A program made the position numbers and the translations under genes. Below the pieces are notes generated by a model. The model ran no database searches. It was not told where the DNA came from and saw only the letters and a list, made by a program, of their open reading frames with translations. Source: Thermoplasmata archaeon (GTDB taxonomy: Archaea; Thermoplasmatota; Thermoplasmata; Lutacidiplasmatales; UBA184). Taken from it: a stretch of DNA of 35,380 nt. Location: the NCBI GenBank assembly GCA_030043255.1, contig JASHYB010000080.1:1-35380 (forward strand), in the 5' to 3' direction. Below are positions 6,201-13,572 of the stretch, piece after piece. Position 1 is the stretch's first letter. The number at the start of each line of letters is the position of its first letter.

Positions 6201-8415
6201 GGAAGCGGTCGACCGCCCGCACGACGGCGACCCAGCGCTCCCAGGCCTCGCCGAACGCCTCGTCCGCCGGCGCGTGCTCGACGTCGAACGGCTCCGTCTC
6301 GAACAGACTGCGCGGGTCCGGGCGCAGCGTCCGCACCACCGCCTCGGCGGTGAACGGTGCGACCGGCGCGAGCGCCGTGGCCAGCTGCGCCAACACCGAG
6401 CCGAGGGTGCGGAGGGCGGCCCTTCGGCCGGCCGGCGGTTCGCCGGCGGCCAAGCGCGGCCGGACGATCTCCCGGTAGCGCGCCAGGTCGACCTCCAGGA
6501 ACCGGGCGAGCCGGCGGTGCGCTTCGCCCGCGCGGAACTCGTCGTAGGCGGCCAGGACCTTCAGCTCCGTCGCCGACCAGCGCGCCAGCAGGGCGCGGTC
6601 CTCCGGCTGGAGCTCGCGGTCGTTCGGGCTGAGCGTCGCGCCGAGGGTGCCGGCCGCCTCCCGCTCGAGCGCCGCCGCGGTCGAGGCCGCCAGCTCCGCG
6701 AGCCGGGCGAAGCGGCGCCGCTCCTGCCGGCAGCGCTCGACGAACGAGCCGCCGGGGCCTTCGCTCGAGTCCAGGCGCACGAACGCCGCCCGGACCGCGT
6801 CCGCCCCGTGCTCGGCGACCAGCCCCACGACGTCCACGTCGCTGACCGTCGGCAGGATCGTCGCCTGCAGCTCCGCCACCCGTGCCCCGGCGCCGGCCAT
6901 CGCCGCGAGCAGGTGCACGATCGTCGGCGCCCGTCGGCGCTCGCTGATGTACAGGCGCACCGGCTCGCCGGACGGCAGCGGCGCGAGGCGCGCCCAGGCG
7001 CCGAACGCCCCGGCGACCGACGGCACCAACCGTCGGGCGACCGGCCGGCGCTTGCCCCCGCAGGGACAGCTCGTCGGTCCGTCCGGCGCATCCAGCCTCG
7101 GGCAGCGCTCGCACTCGAGCAGCGTGACCGCTTCCGGCGCGTCGCTCGTGCGGGTCTCGCTCACCGGCCAGGCGGTCAGCTCGATCTGCGCGACCGGCCG
7201 GTCCCCCGGCAGCAGCGCGGCGTACTGGGCCAGCTGCTCGGCCGGCAGGCGGCCGGGCTCCAGGCACCAGCAGCGGCCGGGGGTCCAGACGACCGGGCGC
7301 CCGCAGACCCCGCAGTACGGGACCCCTCGCAGGACCCGCAGCCGGGCGAGGACGCTACCGCCCTCGGTCAGGTCCCGCGCGACGAACTCCGTCGCGGTCT
7401 CGAGGTCGAGGCCGGAGTACTTGTGCATCAGCGTCAGCTCGAGGGTCCCGTGGATCGTCAGCAGCGGCCAGCCGTGGACGCCGAGACGTTCGGCGATCTG
7501 CGCGTCGGTCCCGCCGTGGCCGGGGACCAGCGGCACGACGCCGGTCCCGCTGTCGCCGACCTCCGGGACCGCCTGGATCGTACCGGAGGGCGCCGCGAGC
7601 GACGCGCCGTCCGGGAACTCGTGCCGGAGCGGGTAGACGTAGCGCCGGCCCGTGTAGGCGCGCCCCGGCTTCTCGGCGAGCACCGTCAATTCCGCGCCGG
7701 GGAGCCAAGCCCGCAGTCGGTCGATGGAGGAACGGAGGATCAGCAGACGGGCCTCGACGTCGCCCCGGCGGTACTGGACCGTCGCGTAGGCGAGATCCGG
7801 GTTCATCAGCAGCGCGGTCGTGCCGAGCAGCCGCCACGGCGCGTCGACCCAGGCGAGCGCCTCCACCGGCTCCTCGCCGGCCACCGGCTCCAGCGGGAAC
7901 CGGACCAGGAACGTGTCGCCGATCTCCTCGTGGTAGATCGTCCGCTCGGGACTGCGCGGCGCCGCGCAGGACGGACAGAGCCGGATCGGCCCGTCGCCCG
8001 CGACCAGGATCCCCGCCCGCGCGAGCCGGGAGGCGATCGCCTGCACGCCGGCGGTCCGCTCGACGGCGTCGTACGGGCGGCCCCCCTCGCCGCCGGTCCA
8101 GACCGCGAGGGAGCGCAGCAGCGGCGCGACGACCGGGTCTTCGCCGCCCGCCGGCCAGCCTTCACGACGGAGGGTCCCCTCCACGCGTCCGGCCCCGAGC
8201 GCGGTGGCGCGCGCGTCGACGTCGGCGGCGACCGCCCGTTGGGCCACGAGGACCGGCGGGTCGCCGGGGGTGTAGGTCCCTTCGAGCTGCCGCAGGACCG
8301 GCTCCGTACCGTGCCCGAGCACGCCGCCCGGCGGCGGAAGACCGTGGGCCGCCCAGAGCCGCCGGATCTCCTGTTCGACGAGCGCGAAGCTGTGCTCGAC
8401 CTCCGGCTCGCTCAC
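3289..8415 (-). CDS. isoleucyl-tRNA-synthetase-like pseudoenzyme fused to HhH, Pro-rich linker, DUF835-like domain and acidic disordered tail
   Basis: This is track ORF 3289..8505 (1738 aa). I prefer GTG 8415 as the start. The first 30 codons from ATG 8505 have poor GC3, and that ATG would leave only 41 nt to the aIF5A ATG. Class Ia aaRS landmarks seen by eye: FALVEQEIRRLW, LCPSC...YCGVCGRPVVW, ALAWVDAPWRLLGTTALLMNPDLAY, GTGVVPLVPGHGGTD, HGADAVRAAF, and an anticodon-domain-like stretch DRALLARWS...FLEVDLARYREIVRPRL. There is no HIGH or KMSKS motif. The C-terminal part contains FDELATLPGFGRPVAARLF (HhH), a poly-Pro region, and VAVYWLSNLARDRAIRPSDL...AVFLEGTEYLTRIHG (DUF835-like). Confidence 0.85.
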   Translation of the reverse strand: MSEPEVEHSFALVEQEIRRLWAAHGLPPPGGVLGHGTEPVLRQLEGTYTPGDPPVLVAQRAVAADVDARATALGAGRVEGTLRREGWPAGGEDPVVAPLLRSLAVWTGGEGGRPYDAVERTAGVQAIASRLARAGILVAGDGPIRLCPSCAAPRSPERTIYHEEIGDTFLVRFPLEPVAGEEPVEALAWVDAPWRLLGTTALLMNPDLAYATVQYRRGDVEARLLILRSSIDRLRAWLPGAELTVLAEKPGRAYTGRRYVYPLRHEFPDGASLAAPSGTIQAVPEVGDSGTGVVPLVPGHGGTDAQIAERLGVHGWPLLTIHGTLELTLMHKYSGLDLETATEFVARDLTEGGSVLARLRVLRGVPYCGVCGRPVVWTPGRCWCLEPGRLPAEQLAQYAALLPGDRPVAQIELTAWPVSETRTSDAPEAVTLLECERCPRLDAPDGPTSCPCGGKRRPVARRLVPSVAGAFGAWARLAPLPSGEPVRLYISERRRAPTIVHLLAAMAGAGARVAELQATILPTVSDVDVVGLVAEHGADAVRAAFVRLDSSEGPGGSFVERCRQERRRFARLAELAASTAAALEREAAGTLGATLSPNDRELQPEDRALLARWSATELKVLAAYDEFRAGEAHRRLARFLEVDLARYREIVRPRLAAGEPPAGRRAALRTLGSVLAQLATALAPVAPFTAEAVVRTLRPDPRSLFETEPFDVEHAPADEAFGEAWERWVAVVRAVDRFRTERHLAPGTLVPLVALVVTDDQLGDQLRGDRSLLERLARIGRLEVGSPRTPWEGRRRQLVPVESEIQKAYPTLATQILYLLKRTPPRRPGEQETARGFSVFVQGQPHQITPSMLALVETLPDRVVPVAFGLGEMYAEVPATGAAASGGPSAVLSADAAWLVRRVGRRLRRVGPEASRALAVRIVAVDPLAKELRERWAAVAAALGVARLTIDAAPGPESVPPAVTGRTRLGTRWSVEIPGLLGRPPKSPRPAPRGGSGASRRMPIRQRPTPDGGPEVDYTDGAVIGHEDAVRALGEQLDKLLDAPLLGPSKVAIAWDAGYASVEEIRSASFDELATLPGFGRPVAARLFAKLGRDVPAPPPRPVRTPRTPPARSAPLPLRPAAPTALAVEAPGALDDLSRVSVVLPALPTPERELTSELSAPAPATVGPTSVAPPAGPPPAPTPPAAPAPLPPAPLPPPARAPPPPPPPVAPAFVSEADRAAGNLPTPPLATAPVPAAGLEVELSEALLPALQPFLEATAAGHRGVAVVRELPERIRTLVGPRPVAVYWLSNLARDRAIRPSDLRGLADLLRQGLESSGITAVFLEGTEYLTRIHGSEAVVAFLKELDRQAREHEARAWLHLTPGLLTPTELDRFVSDLGLPSPQGSTGGVAEPAPPAGAEIPAATAIEPVVLTGPDAAAEDEKGTHIATEDEPGSAPLATSEAAPGATDVAAPGGATTEETGPVAAAGPDVLPAPGAEAGSGEASPPTAEIGSGELAGAATEPGADGEAPGSAEGEAGGLAGSAPDAPKENATAPLPDAGPGDSPAPAAEAGPGDAGVSVPEAETGVMSANSPERVPESSSSAGSEAGSASPVASVSEAETGGPHAATPFVEPGEPVSPAPEARSPEEAVPVPEVSPGDSAAPEEESGAEERPVPPPKSSPASTGTESSEAGATGSADPSPPADSGAGDSPAAAPQGESGPPPDASSP

Positions 8416-8454
8416 CGCGGGACCCTGCCGACAGCCGGAGAGAGGCGGGCGCGC

Positions 8455-8466
8455 GGGAATAAACCC
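8455..8466 (-). promoter_or_regulatory. TATA-like element for the IleRS-like gene
   Basis: The minus strand reads GGGTTTATTCCC, about 45 nt upstream of GTG 8415. Confidence 0.4.
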
Positions 8467-8505
8467 ATCTCGGCGGCGGCAGGCGTTCGAGGCACCCGAG
8501 CACAA

Positions 8506-8518
8506 CCGTTAAAGAAGG
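8506..8518 (+). promoter_or_regulatory. TATA-like element for aIF5A
   Basis: CCGTTAAAGAAGG is centred about 35 nt upstream of ATG 8547. Confidence 0.45.
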
Positions 8519-8546
8519 TGGACCGTCCCGCCGTCCGAGGGGCACG

Positions 8547-8933
8547 ATGGCCTGGACGCAGCAGGAGGTCCGCGAGCTCAAGGAAGGCCGCTACCTGCTC
8601 ATCGACGAGGAGCCGTGTCGCATCCTGAGCATCCAGACCTCCAAGCCCGGGAAGCACGGGGAAGCGAAGGCGCGCATCGACGCCGTCGGGCTGTTCGACG
8701 GTTCGAAGCGCAGCGTCGTGTACCCGGTCAAGCACAAGGTCCAGGTCCCGCTGATCGGTAAGCGCCAGGCGCAGGTCCTCTCGCTCAGCGACACCGAGGT
8801 CCAGCTGATGGACCTCGAGTCGTACGAGACCTTCCAGCTCGCGGTCGACGCGGAAGGCCGCGCCGGCCTCGCCCCCGGGGCCGAGGTCCAGTACCTGGAC
8901 GCGATGGGCAAGCGCCGCATCACGCGCGCGTAG
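8547..8933 (+). CDS. eif5a: translation initiation factor 5A (aIF5A)
   Basis: The 128-aa ORF has the hypusination-site motif [14 protein letters not shown] and the typical N-terminal [15 protein letters not shown]. The C-terminal OB-like half ([25 protein letters not shown]) is also present. Confidence 0.96.
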   Translation: MAWTQQEVRELKEGRYLLIDEEPCRILSIQTSKPGKHGEAKARIDAVGLFDGSKRSVVYPVKHKVQVPLIGKRQAQVLSLSDTEVQLMDLESYETFQLAVDAEGRAGLAPGAEVQYLDAMGKRRITRA

Positions 8934-8990
8934 GTCCCGCGCCCGGTCGGAGGCGCGCCGGCGAGCCGCCGGCGACATTCATCACGCGTG

Positions 8991-9003
8991 ATTTATAAGG
9001 AGG
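8991..9003 (+). promoter_or_regulatory. ATTTATAAGGAGG element (TATA box and/or Shine-Dalgarno-like) upstream of the giant repeat gene
   Basis: This is the strongest AT-rich element in the aIF5A to repeat-gene spacer. TTTATAA fits a TATA box and AAGGAGG fits an SD. Confidence 0.5.
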
Positions 9004-9243
9004 CCCGAGCATCGAAGCGGTGTCCGAGCCCTAGCCCGGCCGCCGGGGCGGGCAGACGGTTCAGGGGGGAGAGCGACGTCCGGTCAGGGAGGCCCCGGGC
9101 CTCTCCCGTCGTCCCGCCTGACGCGGATCCTTCAGGAGAAGGCGGAGGCGCTGCGCAAGAAGCGCCAGTCCGCCGAGGCGATCCAGCGGGATGTCGACGA
9201 GCGGCTCGCCCAGCTCGCCCGACTCGGGATCGTCCCGCCGGGC

Positions 9244-12200
9244 GTGGCGGAACGGCAGGAGCAGCTCCGCGAGCTGGCTCGACGGACCGACTGGGAGCTG
9301 CTGGAGACCCAGGCGCGCGCGCTCCTGGATCAACTGGCCACCACCGTGCCGGCGACGATCGAGGGCCGGCGCCGCCACTCGGAGGAGTTCGCGCTCCGGC
9401 TGAGCGCCGGCGGCGTCGCGCTCTCCGCCGCGCTCACCGACGAGCTCGCGGCCCTCGCGCATCCGCCGGACGGAGCCTCCTGGGCGCAGACCCTCTCCCG
9501 CCTCGCGAGCGTCGACGACGGCCTGCGGGCGGCCGCGACCGGCCAGCTCGAGCGGGCGCGCGCGGCGGCGGTCGACCTCGCCCGCTGGGCCGGCGTCACG
9601 CCGGCGCGGCTGACCGAGCTGGAGCGGGCGCTGCCCGACCCGGCGACGGCGGTCCGCGAGGACCGGATCGGCGAGGCGATCGCCACGATCCACCAGATCG
9701 TCGCCGAGCGGTTCCCCGAGGTCGCGGACCGGCGGGAGAAGAGCCGGGCGCTCGCCGGGCGGCTGCGGACGGTCGCCGACGAGCTCGGCGCGTCGACCCA
9801 GTCGCTGGACGAGGCGTTGCACGCCGACGCGGACGCGGCTCCGGAGAGCTGGCCGGCGAGCGTCGCCCGGCTCGAAGGGGCGACCTCCCAGCTCGCGGAG
9901 TCGCTGCGGGGCAAGGCGGCGCAGGCGCTGGACGGGCTGCGGGCCTCGCTCGGCCAGCTCGCCGACTACGGCGTCGATCCGGCGCCGGCCCGCGCGACCG
10001 TCGAGGTCGCGCTCGCGAGGCTGCCGGCCGCCGCGCCGGACGAGATCGCCTCCGTCCTCACCGAGGCGCGGACCGCGGCGGAGGAGCCGATCGTCACCGT
10101 CGTGGCCGGCCTATTGGACGAGGTCCGGCCGCGCATCGTCAGCGCCCGGCGCCTCGGACGGGACCCGCGGGAGGTGTTCGCCGCGATGAACCGGGCCCGC
10201 GAGGCGCTGCGGCTGAAGATCTACTCGGAGGCGCTGGCCGCCAGCCAGGAGGCGCTCGAGAAGGTCCGCGAGCTCACCGCCGACCTGGACACGGCGCGCG
10301 ACGAGCTCGCCTCCGTGGAGGAGATGGTCGGGCGGTTCCGCCGCGTCGGCTACACCTCGCCCGGGGTCGACGCGCAGCTCGCGCGGGTCCGCCACCACCT
10401 CGGCCGCTCCGAGGTCGCGCCGGCCCGCGAGGCGCTGCAGGCGGCGGTCCGGGAGCTCGGCGGCGGGGCGGTCGCGTTCTTCCTGGACCGGTCCCAGGCG
10501 CTCGGCCGGGCGCGCGACTTCGCCCGGGCCAGCGGCTTTCTGCCGGCGGACGTCGACCGGGAGCTGGAGGAGGCCCGCGGCCGGCTGGACGGCGGCGAGC
10601 TCACCGAGGCGGTCGACGCGCTCGCGCGGGCGGAGGTCTCGCTGCGGGTCGCCGCCGCCCCGTTCGTCGCCCGCCGGGTCGAGGAGATGGAGGCGGCGTT
10701 CGCCGACCTCGGCGACGAGGGCCTGGCGACCCCGGTGCGCCGGCACCTCGCCGACGCCGACGTGACGCTGCGCGTCAAGGAGGACCTGCTCGGCGCGCTG
10801 GAGAGCCTGCGCCGGGCCGAGCGGGACTTCGGCGGGGTCTTCTCCTCCCGGGCGTCGTCGCTGGTCGAGGCGCTGGAGGAGGAGGTCCGGGTCCTCGCCT
10901 CCATGGGGGGCGCGGGGGAGGAGATCCAGCGCCAGATCGACGAGGTCCAGCAGATCTTCAACATGGGGGATTTCGTGCGCGCCGCCAAGGCGTCGCAGGA
11001 GATCCGGACCCGGGCGCAGCAGCAGCAGCTGCTCCGCAGCGAGGAGGCGGTCTCCCACGCCAAGCTCTCCCTGGTCGAGCTGGAGGCGATCGGCCTGGAG
11101 GTCGGCGCGATGCGTGCCGAGTTCGACGCCGCCCAGCAGCTCGCGCGCGGCGGCCGGTACCTGGACGCCTACCGGGCCGCGACGCGCCTCGAGGAGGAGG
11201 CGGTCCGGCGCCGGGGCGCCGCGCAGGCGCTCATCGGGCGGATCGGCCGCGTCGAGGCGTTCGCCCAGCGGGTCCGCGCGGCCGGCATCGAGCCCGGGCC
11301 GGTCGACGCGACCGTCGCCGAGGCCCGGGCGGCGGTCCGCTCGCTCGACTTCGAGCGGGCGAAGGGCCTCGCGGAGGCGGCGGAGCAGCGCCTGGTCGCC
11401 GCCGAGGCGCAGCTGGAGACCGCCAAGCGCCTGAGCGAGCTCACGCTCCTGATCGAGGACGGCCGGCGGCTCGGCCTGCCGATGGAGCCGTACGTCGCGC
11501 GGCTCGATCGGCTCCGTACGGAGGCCCCGACCGCCCCCCCCGAGGCGACGCGCGACGGCGCCAAGCGGCTGCACGAGGAGCTGGTCAGCGTCCTGCGCCC
11601 GCTGCTGGAGGAGCACCTGCGGGCGCTGGAGCGGGACCTCGAGGTCGCCCGGGGGGCCGGCGTCCTGCTCGAGCCGGTGGTCTCCAAGGTCGCCGAGGCC
11701 CGTCGCCGCATCTCGCTCGAGGTGCCGACCGGCGCGGCGGTGCTGCTGGACGAGATCCGCAGCGCCCTGGTCACGACCCGGGGCTTCGTCGACCAGGCGG
11801 AGCGGGTCGCCCGGCGCGTCCACGAGGCGGTGGCGCAGTCCGAGCTGCTGCACGTCGACGTCGGGCCGCTGCGCGCCCGCGCCGACGAGGTCGACCGGGC
11901 GCTGGAGGCCCGCGACTACCCGAAGGTCGTCGAGCTCGGCGGGACGGTCGAGCGGGAGCTGAACCAGGGGATCTACCAGCACGTGTCGAAGACCCTCGCC
12001 GGCTTCCAGGCGACGGTCACCCAGGTCCGGCGCGCCGGCGGGAACGCCTCGGTCGCCGAGAACCTGCTGCACCAGGCCCGGATGGCGCTGGACGAGGGGC
12101 GGCCGGTCGAGGCGCTCCAGTTCGCCTCCCGGAGCGAGACGGAGCTGGAACGCGTCGAGCTGCAGCAGCGCCTCGCCGAAGGGGCGCTGGAGGCCGCCGA

Positions 12201-13572
12201 GCGGTCGGTGGAGCGGGCGGTCCGGGACGGGACCGTCGCCACGGAGGCGACCGACGGCCTGCGGACCCTGCGCGAGGCGTACGCGCGGCGCGACTTCGCC
12301 GCGATGTTCGAGCAGGCGATCGTCGTCTCCGAGTCGCTCGCCGGGGCGCGGGAGGGGGCGCGGCGGGCCCGCGAGGCGCTCGCCAACGCCGACCGCCATC
12401 TGGCGGAGGCGACCGCGCTGGGGGCGGACGTGCGCGAGGCCCAGGAGCGGCTCGCCGAGGCCCGGGCGGAGGCGGAGGCCGGTCACTACGTCGCGAGCGT
12501 GCAGGTCGCCCACGAGACCGTCGAGAAGTCCCGCTGGGCGATCGAGCGGATGTTCAGCGTGCCGATCGGCGAGCTCCGCCGGGAGGTCGAGGCGGTCCGG
12601 GCGGAGGGGACCGCCGCGGAGGTCGAGCCGCTGGACGCCGTCGTCTCGGACGCGGAGGCGGCGCTGCGGGCCGGCAGCTGGGCCCGGGTCCGCACGTCGC
12701 TCGCCCGGGCCGACGCGCAGAGCCGCCGCCTCTTCGGGGCGCTGGTCGACGCCCGCTGGCGGGAGATCGACGCGGAGGCGGCCCGCCGCGGGGGCGACAC
12801 CCCGACCGAGCTCGCCCGCCGCAGCGAGCTTCGGGGCCAGCTGGACCGGTTGAAGGAGCGGCGGGACCTCGGCGAGGCGCTGCGCCTGTTGAAGGGGGAG
12901 CTGGAGGCGGTCCGGGCCCGCGAACGGGAGGCGGTCGCCCAGGCGATGGCGGAGTTCCGCGACCGCCTCTGGGTCGGCGAACGCCTCGGGGTCGACACCA
13001 CCCCGGTGATGCAGCGGTTCGGGGAGGCCCGGATCGCGCTGGATGCCGGCCGGTTCACGGAGGCGAGCGCGCTGCTCGAGCGGGCGACCGACGCCCTGGT
13101 CGAGACGGTACGGCCGGCGCTCGCCCGCCGTCGCAAGGAGCTCGCCAGCGAGGTCGCGTTCGCGGAGGGGGGGCTGCACGTGACCGTCGGGCCGGTCAAG
13201 GACCGGCTGCGCGAGGCGGACGAGCTGATCGTCGTCGGCCGGGTCCTGGACGGGGCCCGGATCGTACTGAAGGGGGAGGAGGAGCTCGGCCTGCGCAAGT
13301 CCCTCCACCGGGAGCTGACCAACCTGCACTACCTTTTGGACGCGGGATTGGCGCGCGCCTCCGAGCGGGGGGTCGACACCACCGAGGTCCGGCGCCTGCT
13401 CACCGAGTCGCTCCAGCTGCGCGCGACCGATTATCCGGCGGCGCTGGAACGGGCGCGCGAGGCGCTCCGGCGCCTGCAGCAGCAGGGGGTCCCGGTCAGC
13501 GAGCCCGGCGGGGGCGCTTCGGGCGGGGTCTGGCCGTTCCGCCGCCCTCCCGGGCCGGGCGGCGACGCCTAG
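9244..13572 (+). CDS. giant all-alpha repeat protein (~64-aa helical modules), function unknown
   Basis: The 1442-aa ORF is Ala/Glu/Arg/Leu-rich with strong GC3 bias. A signature A-R-x-A-L-x-x-G-x-aromatic-x-x-A recurs every ~60-65 residues. GTG 9244 is the first canonical start, but coding-like sequence continues upstream to about 9118 (see findings). Confidence 0.85.
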   Translation: MAERQEQLRELARRTDWELLETQARALLDQLATTVPATIEGRRRHSEEFALRLSAGGVALSAALTDELAALAHPPDGASWAQTLSRLASVDDGLRAAATGQLERARAAAVDLARWAGVTPARLTELERALPDPATAVREDRIGEAIATIHQIVAERFPEVADRREKSRALAGRLRTVADELGASTQSLDEALHADADAAPESWPASVARLEGATSQLAESLRGKAAQALDGLRASLGQLADYGVDPAPARATVEVALARLPAAAPDEIASVLTEARTAAEEPIVTVVAGLLDEVRPRIVSARRLGRDPREVFAAMNRAREALRLKIYSEALAASQEALEKVRELTADLDTARDELASVEEMVGRFRRVGYTSPGVDAQLARVRHHLGRSEVAPAREALQAAVRELGGGAVAFFLDRSQALGRARDFARASGFLPADVDRELEEARGRLDGGELTEAVDALARAEVSLRVAAAPFVARRVEEMEAAFADLGDEGLATPVRRHLADADVTLRVKEDLLGALESLRRAERDFGGVFSSRASSLVEALEEEVRVLASMGGAGEEIQRQIDEVQQIFNMGDFVRAAKASQEIRTRAQQQQLLRSEEAVSHAKLSLVELEAIGLEVGAMRAEFDAAQQLARGGRYLDAYRAATRLEEEAVRRRGAAQALIGRIGRVEAFAQRVRAAGIEPGPVDATVAEARAAVRSLDFERAKGLAEAAEQRLVAAEAQLETAKRLSELTLLIEDGRRLGLPMEPYVARLDRLRTEAPTAPPEATRDGAKRLHEELVSVLRPLLEEHLRALERDLEVARGAGVLLEPVVSKVAEARRRISLEVPTGAAVLLDEIRSALVTTRGFVDQAERVARRVHEAVAQSELLHVDVGPLRARADEVDRALEARDYPKVVELGGTVERELNQGIYQHVSKTLAGFQATVTQVRRAGGNASVAENLLHQARMALDEGRPVEALQFASRSETELERVELQQRLAEGALEAAERSVERAVRDGTVATEATDGLRTLREAYARRDFAAMFEQAIVVSESLAGAREGARRAREALANADRHLAEATALGADVREAQERLAEARAEAEAGHYVASVQVAHETVEKSRWAIERMFSVPIGELRREVEAVRAEGTAAEVEPLDAVVSDAEAALRAGSWARVRTSLARADAQSRRLFGALVDARWREIDAEAARRGGDTPTELARRSELRGQLDRLKERRDLGEALRLLKGELEAVRAREREAVAQAMAEFRDRLWVGERLGVDTTPVMQRFGEARIALDAGRFTEASALLERATDALVETVRPALARRRKELASEVAFAEGGLHVTVGPVKDRLREADELIVVGRVLDGARIVLKGEEELGLRKSLHRELTNLHYLLDAGLARASERGVDTTEVRRLLTESLQLRATDYPAALERAREALRRLQQQGVPVSEPGGGASGGVWPFRRPPGPGGDA

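Noticed and set aside
8416-8505. ATG 8505 as the start of the IleRS-like gene
   Set aside because: These 30 codons ([30 protein letters not shown]) have poor GC3 and contain the TATA-like TTTATT element. They would also leave only 41 nt to the divergent aIF5A ATG. GTG 8415 fits better, but this is not proven.
5338-8628. 1096-aa plus-strand ORF, plus others at 2732..4558, 2988..4133, 4964..7267 and 6647..7636, overlapping the IleRS-like gene
   Set aside because: All are Arg/Gly/Pro-rich with no motifs. The minus-strand frame carries a continuous, recognisable aaRS-like sequence, and ORF 5338..8628 would also overrun the aIF5A start.
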